A stretch of DNA of 64,000 nt, from NCBI GenBank assembly GCA_965153285.1, contig OZ229114.1; one strand, 5' to 3'. Both the position numbers and the translations under genes were made by a program. The notes beneath the pieces are model-generated. The model made no database searches. It was given only the letters and a program-made list of their open reading frames with translations, and was not told the DNA's origin. This document shows positions 35,468 through 49,545 of this stretch, piece after piece. Numbering within the stretch: the stretch's first letter is position 1; each line of letters starts with the position of its first letter. This DNA comes from Podarcis tiliguerta (lineage: Eukaryota).

Positions 35468-36813
35468 CTAGAAATAGAAAACGCAAATATATTCAGTTTT
35501 CTGTGCCTCAAAATCTGACATGGTGTTGCAGGATGATGTACAGGAATAGGATTAGAATCCCCACGCACACCTTAAAATGCATGCAAAAAAAACCCTACTA
35601 ATGGAAAGTGACTATAACCACACAGTTGCCGGTCAGTGCTGCAATACTGAAATGAAGCAGAGATTATAAGCCTGTGGTCCTCTAGCTACGGTTAAACTCC
35701 AAATCCCATCAGCCCTAGCTGCATGGCAACTGGTAAGTGTGCTCCAAGAATCCTCCTTTGGAAATACAAAACCCAATAGTCCCTGGATCCTGGATGCTTC
35801 CAGGCAGTCCTTAATTTGCAAAGAGGTCATTGAGATATCACTAAATGGGTAGTTAGAGAAGGGATTTTTAGACTTGGGGATATTACCTGGAAATGGAAAA
35901 ATGGGGGGTGGGTTGGCACTTTTATGCCAACAATTTCATGTGGACATTTAAAGGGGGGGGGGAGCATGCAAGGGGAACACTGATGCCCATCTGGAAGCAC
36001 CCCCCGCATTGGGAGAGCTAACCCAATAATAATAGTAATAAAGTAATAAAGTTTACTTTGAATCAGGGCTCACAAGGATAAAGAGTACTCACAATTCCAG
36101 GTCTCTCAAACACAGAAGACATCCAAAAGATGTCTTTCTCAAAAAACATGGGAGAAAAAGTCTTGAGGCTGTTACTGGCATGCAGTCCAGGTTTCGCCAC
36201 TTCCATTCTGGATAACTGAGCATGGGAGCAGCATGGGAAAGCCACTTCCACCACACTCTACAACTGTCCTGGGCAGTCCTCTCGCAGCCCTCCAATGGCA
36301 GCAGTGAGCAATGGGATCACTTCACTGCCGGTGAGCAAAGCTTTCAGGACTAGGGGCTGAGAGAAAATAGAACTTGTGGAAGTGAGAAACTGCCTACAGG
36401 AAGAAACAAGGCTTAACATGAGATTCTTTTCTTCAAATGCCTCATACTTTTACTTGCTCAACAACTCTGAGAGCAGGACAGCATTGTGATTGGTTAGTCA
36501 AATGAGTGCACTCTTAATTCTCTCCCCTCCTTTTGGGAGTCTGAAAGAGCACAGCAGGGGAGAAAAACAAAGCCTTTCTTTATTTCAGTGACTATTAATA
36601 CAAGATTCTTTGACCGCTGCCCCCCCTTGTCATCAAGGTAGGCACACCCCATGGCTGAAGTTCTTCCCCTGAGCCTCACTGGATCACAGTCATGTAGAGC
36701 CAATGCAGACGCTCAGATTTAATTCTGAAGCTCTGTGGACATCTTCCCACTTCCCACATTTGCAGAAAGATAAGCAAATCAGAGTACTGGCCTTGATGCC
36801 AAACAGTTTAAAA

Positions 36814-36936
36814 TAAGGTTACCAGATTTTTTCCAATGAATCCGGGGACACTTTTCAACTTCAATGGATTTTGTATGGGGACTGATTTGTAAATCTGGAG
36901 ACTGTCCCCGGGAAACGGGGATGTCTGGTAACCTTA
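36814..36936. mobile_element. hAT (Blackjack-like) MITE, 123 bp
   Basis: TIR TAAGGTTACCAGA / TCTGGTAACCTTA; perfect 8-bp TSD GTTTAAAA (36806-36813 and 36937-36944). Confidence 0.9.
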
Positions 36937-37284
36937 GTTTAAAACAGCATTGCACTTAAGGAGCAATAGGGGCAGATGACTGGGGGCCAGGCACAAAAGA
37001 TCCAGCTACCCCCAAACAATCTTGCTCCTAGGAGCTTTACATATGTGTAATCACAACGTAGAAGCCTAGCTCAGCACAAAAAAGAGACACGTGCTTGGAG
37101 TTAGCTGCATCTAAGGACAAGCTCCACGATTAACTCTCATATGCCTATGCAAGTAGGCACAGGAGTTCTGGGCAAGATAAAAAGGTCACTGGCTTTGTCA
37201 AAATTGGGTAGCAGCAAATTCATAGGGTATAAGTTTATCAGTGCTGCGAGCCATAATGTCTATACTGTGTCTGCACAGTTGGAT

Positions 37285-37452
37285 GCAGTATGCTTATGAA
37301 CGCCAGTTGCTGCAAACTGCAGGAGGGAAGAATGCTATTGCACTTAGGTCCTGCTTGTGGGCTTCCCATGGGCACCTAGTTGGCCACTGTGAGAACAGCA
37401 TGCTGGACTATAAGGGCCACTGGCCTGATCCAGGAGGGTTATTCTTATGTGC
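37285..37452 (+). mobile_element. CR1-like LINE 3' end
   Basis: tggccactgtgagaacagcatgctggact...ggcctgatccaggaggg...ttcttatgt. Confidence 0.6.
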
Positions 37453-37884
37453 TTATACTCTTACGTTCAGATTTCATAGATGTACTAGTTCCCTTGCATG
37501 GCACAACCCTAAGACTGGCCCTTGTTCCATTCTACGTGATCAAAAAATTGCAGCAAAAATGAAAGCCAAACAAAATCTTGTAGCAAGTATCAAGGTTCAT
37601 CCACCAAAGCAGTTTCTTGCTCTTTCTCCCTGTAACAGTAATAGTTATAACCCCCACTTTTAAATAGGGTGCAGTCATTTCATTAAGCCAGAGGTGCCAG
37701 CTTTCAAGGGCAATGGGGGGGGGCACGTCAGGAGAAGCCAGGGGCAGAGCTAAATACAGCGGCAGCGCAGCTTCAGTGGCAGGCCACTCCTCCTCCTCCT
37801 GCCACCACTAGCTGGGTGTGTGTGTATGTGCTTCAGACCTCTTTCCCTTGCACAGCAGCAGCAGGAGAAGCAGACGCCCCCTGT

Positions 37885-37945
37885 TTCTCATCCCCCATGA
37901 GTTGGCGTCCCCCATGAGTTGCATTCTCATCCCCCATGAGTTGCA
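37885..37945. repeat. Short tandem triplication of TCCCCCATGAGTTG
   Basis: Three copies starting at 37891, 37908 and 37930. Confidence 0.85.
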
Positions 37946-40900
37946 TTGAGCACATTATCTGACAGGCTATTTGCTCGCACAGTTTCCCATAGCTGTGGAA
38001 GACAACAGTTCAATTAAGAGTTTAGGTTAGAACAGTAACCACTTCTCAACATTCATAATATTGTAAAGGAAAATGGAGCAGGGGAGGGAGGACAACATTC
38101 AGATGCACTGGAGAGTGGGATGCAACAAGAAGGTGGTAATATATAGAAGCGGCTACACTGCAATTCCCGAAAAGTTTTTTAAATGCTGAATGAAAAGTTA
38201 GCATCCAAACTATAACAACACTGGGGGGTGGGAGAAAAGGGGGGGGGAGAGAGGCCTCCATTTGTCTGAGCGTTTTCTTCCCTGTTAACATCTGCTTTCC
38301 AGCTCCAGAATACTGGAATTACTCCAGAGGGAAGGAAACCAGGAAGGGAAAAGCGGGGAGGGGGAAGTAAGAATCAGTACAGAACCATGTATTTTGGAAA
38401 CTATTATTTAAGGAGGTGAACATTAAAGACTTTAACGTGGAACTTATTACCTAATTATTAGTGCTTATCTTATTCTTGTGACACATATGTCATTACGATT
38501 ATGCATTCTTGCAAGCATTTTTGTGTGTGGCAAAAGTTCTGTTAACTATAATAGTCCCACTTTGGTTTGTTGAGCATTTATTCTGATTTGCTTGCAGCGT
38601 TGTTTATAAATCTTTCCATTAATCATTCGGTGACTCTACACTTTTCAGTGCATTTCCCCATCACCTTCATTATTAGGGCCCCCTGAGAGTCAGAGGGCCC
38701 AAGTATGTGCACCAACATGCACCTACATCCTATGGATTTAGATGGGGGCATTTTTCAAGTGGACTGCATTTGCTGTTCTGATGCTGCTGTTACAAGCATG
38801 ACATTCTTAACCACAGTTCAGAACCAGCCTAAGCACTATATCTTGTCTTTCATTCATTCTTGCCTTCAACTCAATTCATAAGAGAGGAGGAAGAGAAAGC
38901 AAATTAGGAAATCCCTGTTTCATATGCAAGGACTCTTGTTATTGTGGACCAAAACCACACTCTTCCGTGGAAGGCTGCCATGCCTTAGGTAGATATATTG
39001 GCAATGAAGTCTGCAGCTTCTGGTCAGCTATCCACCGTCTAGGAAAATCAGGTCTGTTGACCATAGCATTGTAGTGGATCCCATCTAAACATGCACAACG
39101 GAGATAGTCTTGCCGTGCACAGTAGGGGTGGGACCAGACGCTCCCCAAGCTTCCTCTGCTACATAAGGATGAATACTTCCTAGGCTTTTAAAAGGCCTTC
39201 TAGTTTGGCTTCAGCCTAGACTGAATCTCCGTGAGGATGCATCAGCAAAGATAGCTTTTCTCTGCATGTGCAGAATGAGAAGAGTCTCTGGCATGCAAGG
39301 TGCCTTCATCCAACTACAAAATAATCCCAAACAGTCAACACCAGGAGGCAGGGAAGCTGAGCCAGGGGCAGGGGCTCTAGCCTGCTTTCATTTATGCCTT
39401 CCCCATTTGCACAAAATGTAAACACTGCTAAAAATTAGAGGCTTTGGTCTCCCTCTTCAATGAAAATACTGAAGACTGCAAGAGATTCTAGGCCCCTGCA
39501 GACCTAAAGATAAAAGGAAGGCTGGCAGTGACCAGAAAAAATATTTTAAAAACAAAAAGGGAGTTCAGCAATAACATCAGGGGGAGTTTGTGATATTGTT
39601 CCTCCTTCTGCAAAGAACTGTGCACTCTGCTCCTGAACCCTTGGCTTTGGATTAAAGTCCCATGGATGATTTAAAAAGGGAAGAATGCAGAGCTGACAAT
39701 GGGCCAGCTATTCCCTGCTCATCACGTTGGAAATCTTCTCCCCTTCTATCGGCTTTCATTTGTTATTGATGGGAGAGTTAATCAGGAAGATGCAACAGCG
39801 AACATGTTTATAGAACACATAGAACTCTGTGTGGTTCCATTATTCATAGCTCCAGTGCCTTAAAGATGGCCAGACTACAAAGCAAATGACAACCTATGAA
39901 AAATATATGTTCCACATGCAAAAGGAAGTGAGCAATAAGGGGTAGGTTCATAGTATCCCAGGGTGGGGTGGGATCACCAGAGTTACCCAAAAGAACTCCT
40001 TATAATGTGTCAGGATCCACAGGTTTGTACCCTCCCTTTGACACTTGTTTATAAAGCCACACAAGGAGCAGAATTCCACACCTTCTTTAGGAAACCTGTA
40101 CCTTTGTCCAACCATTCTTTCAGTTACGACAATCCTTTGCCCTCTTACATGAAAGGGAGCCCCATTAAATTCAGTAGGATTTGCTTCCAATATTTATCTG
40201 ACTGCAGCAGTTAAACTTGAATGGCTTTATACACATTGCATCTTTCATCCCTCTCCTATCACCAAGCAACAGGAGTCTATTATGCTGAGCACTGCAAAGA
40301 CATACTGCTTACGTGGCATTTAATGTTTCTGGAGCTGCGCCAGGGTTTTTTTTTTAAAAAAGAAAATCCAGTTTATGCTTGAAATTAGCCGTTTAAGGGC
40401 ACCAGAAGAGAAAATTAGACTGCTCCCTGCCCCCCTGCCCCCAGCGGTTAAAGGAATACCTGCTTTACAGGCCAAAGTGTAGCACCACAGAGACCTAACA
40501 CACCACTGCTTCCTCATGACTCCCCTAAAACATTTCTTCTAAAATAGTCTATCAGCTATTTTTGCAAATAAACAAACACAAAAGCAAAACAAGGTCATTC
40601 ATTGACCAACACATATTAACAAGTATTTGAGCTGTTGCTGTCATATAACTTGTGTTGCAGTGACGCACACACACAACGGTAACAACTTTCCAAAGTTATC
40701 AAACATCACACCTGCCGACATTAATCCCATGCAACTTGTCCCACAGTGCTCAGTAGTTCTTACTCAAAGGAAAATGTCCATAGGATTACAAACTGGGAGA
40801 CCCTAGCTGCTCACCTCAATCATTAATGAAGAGAACAACCACCCACGAGAGAAGATTTGGATTTTTTCCCAACTTGAAGGACACACATATCCCCCAGAAG

Positions 40901-41118
40901 CCTTTTTCCTCCCCGCACCCGTTTCTATATATTGTACTTCATTATTTTAACTACATATTCAATATAATTTTAAGTAGCTTTGTACAACTTGACCAGCATT
41001 TTTGTTTTCAATATGCTGAGGTCCTTTCTTAGATACAAGCAACTTGTGAGATGCCGTGTTCACAAGGCTAGTAAGCAAAAGGCCTGCCAACACCAGAATG
41101 ATTTAATTAAACCTTTAC

Positions 41119-41236
41119 CTTATGTACCACCATCCTTCCAGGTTCTTCTGAATGACCTCCACAGTGACTCCTTTGTCAAACCCGATTTCATCCTTCCCCT
41201 GGCTGGTGTATGACTGGATTGTGACATATTTCTCTT
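41119..41236 (-). CDS. SH3PXD2A: SH3PXD2A coding exon (118 nt), SH3-2
   Basis: ctttgctag| (E)[38 protein letters not shown](R) |gtaaag; phase 1-2. Not shown in the ORF track. Confidence 0.95.
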
Positions 41237-44200
41237 CTAGCAAAGAAAGAGAGGGCAACATCAGTTAAGATCAAAACTGGCCCCAGCTGTTGCTCTTTCC
41301 TGATTGCTATTCAAAATGATTTCGCAGCAATTAAAATGTGGCAGCATTGCAGAGGTGGAGTCTTGCTTGTGAGGCCCTGTACCTATTAGCTAAGCATGCC
41401 TGTATCAGCTCCTCGCCACCGCCCTGCGCCGTCAATGCCAACAAATGAGACAGGGTCCCTGAGGAGGGGTCTCCCCCATCTCCTACATATGGTATTGACA
41501 AAAATCAAGCTCTCTGCCAGAGTAGCAAAGCATCACTGGAGGAACTTGCTCCAGCTGGCTCCATTTAGCACACACATGGTTATGTTAAACATTGCATTAC
41601 TGGAATCTGAATGCTGAAGCTGGAGTGGGACCAATACTACTCCAGCTCGAAGGAATGGACTGACCTATCATCTTCACACTCCTAGAAATAATACAAGTTT
41701 GCAGCACCAAGCTGCCAGTATTTGTTTTTTTCATGATTAGATCATATTGTACCTCCCCTAACTCCACTCCAAACTTCAGTGCTCCCAAGAGAAAGGCAAG
41801 TGTCACTTTCTAAGTATCTTCTTTAAAAATCAACATCGTTAATTCAGTGCTAGAAGTCCCATTTTATCCACCCACCACAGGTTATTAAGTCTTTGCAAAG
41901 CCATGGAATCACAAAGCATTTTAGCTAACTGTGCACTTGCTATGAACTTTACCCAACTCTACACTAGGTCACAGTTGGGGGCACTCCAGATGTGATTAGA
42001 GTCCCAACTCTCATCAGCCCCAGCTAGCACTCACTGATGGGAGTTGTAGTCCAACAACATCTGCAGGGCCACAAGCTCCCCAACTCAAGCCACAACCACC
42101 TCCTTCCAAAACAAGAGTCAGGAGAAGAAAATGCCTCCAAAGTACCCAGAGACTCTCATCTGCATATTAAGATGCTAGCTAATTATATAAGCAAAGTTTC
42201 AAATTGACATTTCAGTGAATTTGGAAGACCTCTTAGGATAACAGATCATGTAAAAGACTCACCAATCAATGACTTTTCCACACTAAAGTCAACTCCTCCT
42301 CTAATTTTACAGTTGGTGTAACATTCACACTACTCTCCTGTACAGTACCAGTTTCATAATCTTTCATTTGTTTATTTTCCAGACTGGGACATAGCAGGGT
42401 GGTGGGTTTTTTTAATCTGAATGGCAGCCACACAGACAGCTATCATGTGAGCAGCATACAGAATCCAGAGACTAAAGAGAGGGGAAATGATCACAAAATG
42501 ATGTGCTATTTCTTTATGTGTGTTTGGGGAAGTGATAGGGAGTCTTGTTGCTATTTTCCACAATGCATGAACTCTCTTGTGCTTGAGGATTACAGTAGGG
42601 AAATATTCTGTTTCAAAATAAGTAAGTAAATGTTTAAATTGTTCACAGAATGGAAGAGATGGGATTGCATTGCTTATCATTGGGTAGTTGCTTGTGCCAT
42701 TCTGTTGAAGTCTCCCTACCTAGCTCCCTACCTCCCTCCCTACCACATGGGAGTCTGAATACCCATATCCTGCTATTTGATGTTCAGGAGAGAGGGGAGT
42801 TTATCCAAAGCAATATATTGACTGCGGTATATTAGTCCAGGATTCTCATCACAGACATACCACTTTAACCAAGATAGTGGTGAAAATGCTTCTCATGCAA
42901 ATGCAAGGATTTTATTGGCAGAAAAGATAGCCATTTATGCTGTCAGCCTAACCATACACTTGGAATTGCAGAAACAGAGGGGAGAGGAGAAAGGATCCTA
43001 GATGTAGGCAAAGTTTCAGATCCCCAGGAAGTCAATACAGATAGAAGGGGTGGAGACAACAGCAAAAGATAAGAGCAGTACTTTTAAACAGAAAGAAAAA
43101 GGCTCCCTGCTATCTGGCGCAGACTGATCCCACCTTATCAGTTAATTGAAGGCTGGTGTCCAGAATATAATGTAAGATAAGGTTGTTTGCCAGAATTCCC
43201 TAGATCCCAGGCCAGTTCACACATTATGGTAACTATCTGGGTTGGAACTCAGTTGCATCAACAGCAGTCTGTGTGGAAACACACTAAAATATAAATAATT
43301 GATTTCCAATCGTACAACTGAATGGTTGAAATTCCTTCCTAACTTGCACAGCAGTAGGTCTGAATTATAGTGTGGTATCATTAGTTCAACTTAAGGACTG
43401 GATATAGCTTGAGGAGCTCTGAAAAGATTATTGGCCAGCTATGAAGTTTTACACACACATTTAAGAAGGCAGGCAGAGGAGATAACAGCAATTCAACAGG
43501 GCCATTTTTGCTCCCTGCTCCGGATGCTGATGACATTCAATCTGAATATGCTGTTATCAGCATTAGCTTGTGGCTCAACTGGCACTGAGAAAACTTGAAA
43601 GCCTCTGCAGAGAGAGCCATACTTCATTTTTTGTTTTCTGGAGATGTTGGCAAGGGACACGACTGCAACACACTCCAACAAAACCACAGCCTTGTTTCAC
43701 TAGGATTACAGTACTGCTTTTGGACTCTTTATCACACTTAGGACATGCTGAGCCATCAAAAACAAAAAGCAAACAAACTACATCACACAAAAGGAGAAAT
43801 TGCATTCCTTTGTGGGGAGACGCAGTCATCACCAAGAACTCAGACTTTTAAGGGATAGCTGAACCACAGAGCTGAACTGGTGTATTTATGCCCTCTTTTG
43901 TGCTAACGGCAGGGGGGTAGAAACTGTCTAAGATCATTGTCACACCCCAATTAAACTATATTTCCTAAGATTCTTCAGTGCAGTGGGGAGAAAGCTTTTT
44001 AACCACAAGGGCAATAGGTGGCAGAGGAAAGGACCAGACCCTGAGGTGGGCAGAACCAGCTTTGTCTTTACTCAGGGCTTTTTTTCCAGCCAGAACTCAG
44101 ATGGGTCCCATTGCCATTCTAAGAACAAGGGAGGTGTTTGTGGCAAGTTCAAGCACCTTTTTCTAGGAAAACAGCACTGCCTTTACTCTATCTCACTCTT

Positions 44201-46824
44201 AAACACAAACACACACCTCTCTTGAACCCTGTCCCCTTGATCACCTTGAAACTACAGGAAAGGTGAATGGCTGATCAGCAGCAAAAGTGGATGGGGCCCT
44301 CTGGGGCCCAGAGAGTGTCTAGGTGCCCACCCACATGTATTTTAGAGGAAGCCGTGACAGTTAAAAGTGTTTTATTGGTTGAAAGTGTAAATATGCCATT
44401 AGAAAAGGTCTATATTTTAAGCCCATATATGTTATAGTAGTACAGTGGCTGTGGATGAAACTGATCTGTGCAGGTACTTTGCCCTATCATTTCCTGCACT
44501 GTTATGGCAGCTGCACTATGGAATGGTGCCTGCCAAATCCATGTGCAAGCAGCTACCACCATACTATGGTATGGGCCTAACTTTGAATTGCTGGGAAAAC
44601 AGTATGCAGCCATATCTTTCTGTTTGTTAACTCAGTTTCAGAATCATGCAACAATTCCTTATCTTTCTACAGGTCTTCAACTGCTCAGAGCCCACCTAAG
44701 GGGACTTGTTAACAGCCATATTATTTTAAGGCTTTGGAGGTGAAAATATTAAACTGCTAGGCAAAGGATTTCAATGAGATTTGCACTTGACTTTAGATAA
44801 TGCAATAAGCACAGGCTAGCAAGTGACTTCAGAAACCTCAACTACACCCCCTCATAGCTAAAACATGCTGAAAAAGTATCCCACTGTGACTATCATAATG
44901 AGAAAATAAACTAACATCTAAACCCACATATTTATGATTTAAGAGTCATAAAGGGGGTGACATCACTACGCAATCAAAGCTCTGCTTTGTGCATCTTGCA
45001 CATTAAAGCTTCTTTCTTTCTTCTTTCTTTAAAAGGCTCCTGCTGCAACAGTTCCAAGAAATAGCACCTCTGCTTTTATCGAGGCAAATGAGAGTGTAAG
45101 TATTGCATAAAATGAATGAAAACTTTGGAAACACCACCAATGAAGAAGCAGTAGAAGTATTAATGCCTTGTGCTTCCTGTCCCTGGAATGTATGAAACAC
45201 AATCCGTGCATCTCTTTCACCCAGGAAATGCTCAAGTTATGATGTTTAATTCTATGTAATGAACACACCCAGCTGACAAATGTCAAAGGGGGACTGCTGC
45301 ATTTACAGGTTCTGCAAAAGATTCAGACATTTCTAATAAGGCTCAGTTTTGAAGCCAAATTTGCAAACGTCAAGCAGCTGAAGCTTTGCCCATTACAGAC
45401 TCTACTTTCCAAAGGGTTGCTATTATTTGTTGTTGGGGTTTTTTGGGGTGTAAAGCCATCCAAAGTTGAACATGGGTCTTTCTGAAATATTTTATTTGTT
45501 CATTTAAGATGAGAAAAGTAAGGCAGAAGAAGAATGAAAGAGAAAGAGTGTTGTCAGATTAAACCCCTACAGATATTAGAGCCCTGGTTATAGATTTGTT
45601 TTGCTGTGCTATTTTTAAGCCTTCTGTGCTGCAACAGGAAGCTATCATTAAAGTTTCCCTTTGCAGAGTGCTTTCGCAGCAAAATATTATATCATTTCCC
45701 AAATTACACTCATTTGGTTTCCTTACAGTGGTGGAAAAAGGGAGACCACAAACACACACACACACACAAATGCACACACACACAGTTTATAAATTAAGCT
45801 GGCACTCCTTTGAGCATGGGTCTGCTTGTAACCCCAAAAGCAATTTGCGACAGTCTTCAGCTGAGGCTAACCGTAGAAAAAATTACAATATCAAATGTAT
45901 GCAAGTCGGCATTTATGGGAAACAGCAATGAAATGTTATCATTCAGAAGAATGACTAGTGTTGTATCCAGCTGACCAAGGAGGGTTTAAAAGGGGTCCAA
46001 GTAAGATAGTATACAATTCAGTTTTCAGAAAAACCTAAAGTGGACAATATGTGTTTTGTGAGACATTTCTTGCTTGATATTTTGGTGTGAAGGCAAAAGA
46101 GATCACTTCTTTCAAATGAAATAAGTTAGTGGACTATCACAATCAATATTCTCTCCCATGTGATACTTCTTGCACCTGTTTTTAAACATTGCATACTATA
46201 TTTCTAGATTAATCATCTTTTTTAGAAGAAGCTGTGGAAAATAAAGCTATTTTAAGACAGTGCGCAAACCATTGCAAGCGAGGTCAGTTTCCTCACTTCA
46301 ATTAATGTTAAAGTCCAACCATCCTTTGTGTTAGAAAGATCTCTGGTTGTTAGATGACACAAACACGCACAACTATGCCACCTACGGATTACTTCCTCTG
46401 ACACACTACTGCTGTATAATACCGTTGAAACCTACAAGATTACTACTCCCTCCAGACGGTGTTCCAGGGATTGTGCCAAAGTTAGCCAAGTTCAATTTTT
46501 CTCCTTCTTAAATCTGCATGTCTGAGACGTTGTGCACTCACAAAACAGCTGCCATGTGGCTTCTGCAAGTTGGTCCCTGTGGCAGCTGCTTCAACACAAC
46601 TTCTTATGCAGGGATCAAGCAATTTCTCATTGAACAGGATTAACAACTTTTGAGCCTTCTAGAAACATGGAGGAGGATCTCTCAATTTGTGGTTGCTTGA
46701 TACAAATGTCTTGGTGGTGGTTTTCTCAATGCAAGAGAAGCAATTAAAAACAGCCCTTTCTTGATGGATGTTTTACCAGCAAAGGTAACTCTTTGAAAAA
46801 AACGACTTGCATGGTAATCAGCTA

Positions 46825-46912
46825 AGTTTTACTGAGAGTAGACCCATTGAAATTAATTGGCAAAACTTAGCCATGTTCATTTATTTCAATGGTTCTACTC
46901 TTGAGTAAAACT
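46825..46912. mobile_element. Small hairpin-type (MITE-like) element
   Basis: Inverted arms gtttttactgagagtagacccattgaaat / atttcaatggttctactcttgagtaaaac. Confidence 0.65.
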
Positions 46913-47534
46913 TGGGTTGAAACTCCTTGTGTTTCCACATATCTGAACTGAATGGCAAATGAAAATAGTTATCTACAAGCTCAAGGGATGGATGTTTTCT
47001 GTTTTTTTCCTTTTCTCATTTTTTTTCAATTTTAAAAACTGCACAAGCGTTCATATGCAGTTTTGTACACATTTCTTCTAACACATATTTTTGTGTGCAT
47101 TTTTATTTGATATCCACATATGAAAAATGAGAGGACAGTTGTGTTCCCGCTTTGCGTACTTACTTGTGAAGTGTGGATTGGAATTGCCTTAGAAAGGAAG
47201 CAAATGACTCTCTCTCTGCTTCCCTGATCTGATCCATGATCTGATTATGGATGAGGAGGCTGATCTGGCATGTATCCCTGAAACTTGAGGGGGTGAACAG
47301 GGTGGAATCAATCTCACCCAGTTGTGCCCACCTGGGTACTCAGTGCAGCATCAGGCCAGATTTGAGGATTGGAGAGGGGGCGTTGCTGTGGTCTATAGAG
47401 ATTCTCTCTCTCCAGGCTCTCTGTCCAATTGGGGGGCAGGAATCTAGAGTGTATGTTCCTGGCACTGGGCAATTGGGACAGATTAGGGATTCTTGCTGCT
47501 CAGCAGTCTCCCTGGCTGAGCTGACAGAGCTGGT

Positions 47535-47805
47535 CTCGGAGGTGGCTCCCCACCTGTGGAATGCTCTCCCCAGGGAGGTTTGCCTGCCGCCTTCATTATA
47601 CACCTTTACGTGCCAGGCAGAAACATTCCTTTTTAACCAGGCCTTTGGTTGATTTGATTGACATCCTATGCCCTTTTAAAATGTGGTTTTTTTGGGGGGG
47701 GGGTTATTGGGTTGCTCTTATTTTGATTATATATTTTGTGGTTTTATATTTTGTTTTGGGAACTGCCCTTAGGCCTCCGGGTATAGGGCGGTATATAAAT
47801 TCTAA
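47535..47805 (+). mobile_element. L2-type LINE 3' end
   Basis: Encodes APHLWNALPREV, a typical L2 ORF2 C-terminal motif; ends ...gggcggtatataaat. Confidence 0.75.
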
Positions 47806-47807
47806 TA

Positions 47808-48025
47808 CGGTGGTACCTCGGTTTAAGAACTTAATTCGTTCTGGAGGTTCATTCTTAACCTGAAACTGTTCTTTACCTGAGGTACCACTTTAGCTAGTGG
47901 GGCCTGCTGCCGCCGCCGCTGCGCATTTTCTGTTCTCATCCTGAAGCAAAGTTCTTAACCCGAGGTACTATTTCTGGGTTAGCGGAGTCTGTAACCTGAA
48001 GCGTCTGTAACCCGAGGTACTGCTA
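47808..48025. mobile_element. Tc1/mariner (Tigger-like) MITE inserted in the L2 tail
   Basis: TA|CGGTGGTACCTCGG ... CCGAGGTACTGCTA|TA. Confidence 0.8.
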
Positions 48026-48134
48026 TAATTATAATATCTGTACAAGATACACATTTCAGTTTCTTGAGACTGAGGTGAGATGCAAGTAGAACTGTCACAC
48101 AATTTCCAGTGACTCAGTCACCTTCTGTGACACA

Positions 48135-48327
48135 GGAAGGGCCAGAGCTCAGTGACAGGGCATCAGCATTGCATGCAGAAGATCCCAGGTTCAATCCCTG
48201 AAATCCCTAGTAAGGCTAGGGTAGAACCCTGCCTGAAATCCTGGAAAGCTGCTGCCAGTCAGTGTAGACTACACTGAGGTAGATGATACATGGTCTGCTC
48301 AGCATAGGATGCCTTATTATGTTCCTA
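48135..48327 (+). mobile_element. tRNA-derived SINE (near full length)
   Basis: A-box-like agctcagtg, B-box ggttcaatcc, then gctgctgccagtcagtgtagac...tatgttccta. Confidence 0.75.
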
Positions 48328-49411
48328 AGGGCTGAGGCAGGGAAATCTATCCCAAACGTTTAATTTGTGTCTCTCTGTGTATCAGCTGTGGGACATCACT
48401 GTGTGACCTGATCCAACTTTGAAACACTGGGAGCAGAGGCATGCAGTCTGGGGAATTATCTAATTAAGGCTCCTAAGCAACATGCAATAGTTCAAAATCT
48501 TCCAAACCACGGAAGAATTCTCCATAAAAATACTTTCCCTTCAGTCAGCAGTCTCTTTCACGCCATCTCCCTTTGCCTCCTCTGAACCCCCTTGCTCAAA
48601 TAACCTCTGTCAGGACAAAGTCACTCCATGCCTGAGAACTGAGATAATCTAATAATGTTAAGTTTTAGAGCATTTTCACATAAGACAAATCCCCACTAAC
48701 AGTCTCTCACAACCCGGTGCCTTGAACTACAACTCCAATCAGCTTGCTAGGCCAAAATGTCTGGAGGCACCAGGTTTGGGAAGCCTTGTTTACTACCAGT
48801 TCAGAGAAGTTCTTATGGCAACTGGCGCTCCAAATGATAGTAAATCAGTAACTTCAAGCCTGAAAAATGTGCAGTCTCTGAGATGGCCACCTTCCCAAGG
48901 GATAGTGTAAGACCCAAGGAGTGGCCTACAAATTTCACGATTCTCAGAAAGAATTAAGGAGATTTCACCACATCCCTAGGCCTCACTCTCCTCTCTTTAT
49001 GTGCAGCCCAGCTCTGGCAAATGAACAGGGCAGCGTTCTTCCCAACAGGCTGTAAATCAGGAGCATCAGATGTTCCCAGGAAGGTTTACAGTTTTTGTAA
49101 ACGTTTCCAGTAAGAAGTGGCTTAGAGTCAGGAAAGGCAAAAGTCATTACAAGGATCTCTCTTCTGTGTAGGAAACAGTATGTTCCCCTACATGTGTGCT
49201 ATGCCAAATGAAGGGTACACAACTACTTTCACATGCATGAAATGCCCAGCTTGGTGTTATCGTCCCGTTGTATTTATATGCAGCAGAACCACTGACACAT
49301 GCCGTGACAGCCTCCTGTGTCATTTGGTATAAGTATACTGCTGTTCTGGTAGTCTGCAACAGGAAGCATGTAGCATTATTTGCAGTGCTCAGGTTCTGCC
49401 CCCACCCTTCA

Positions 49412-49545
49412 TGGGAAGCTTTTAATATTTGATGTTTCATTGTATTTTTACATTCTGTTGGAAGCTGCCCAGTGTGGCTGCGGCAACCCAGTCAGATGAG
49501 AAGGGTACTAATAAATATTATTACTATTACTATTATTACTACTAT
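49412..49545 (+). mobile_element. L2-type 3' end with (TTA/CTA)n tail
   Basis: cccagtgtggctgcggcaacccagtcagatg, shared with 59780-59820 and 51660-51725. Confidence 0.7.

Noticed and set aside
47251-47652. 133-aa ORF
   Set aside because: Its C-terminal part is an L2 ORF2 remnant, not a host gene.
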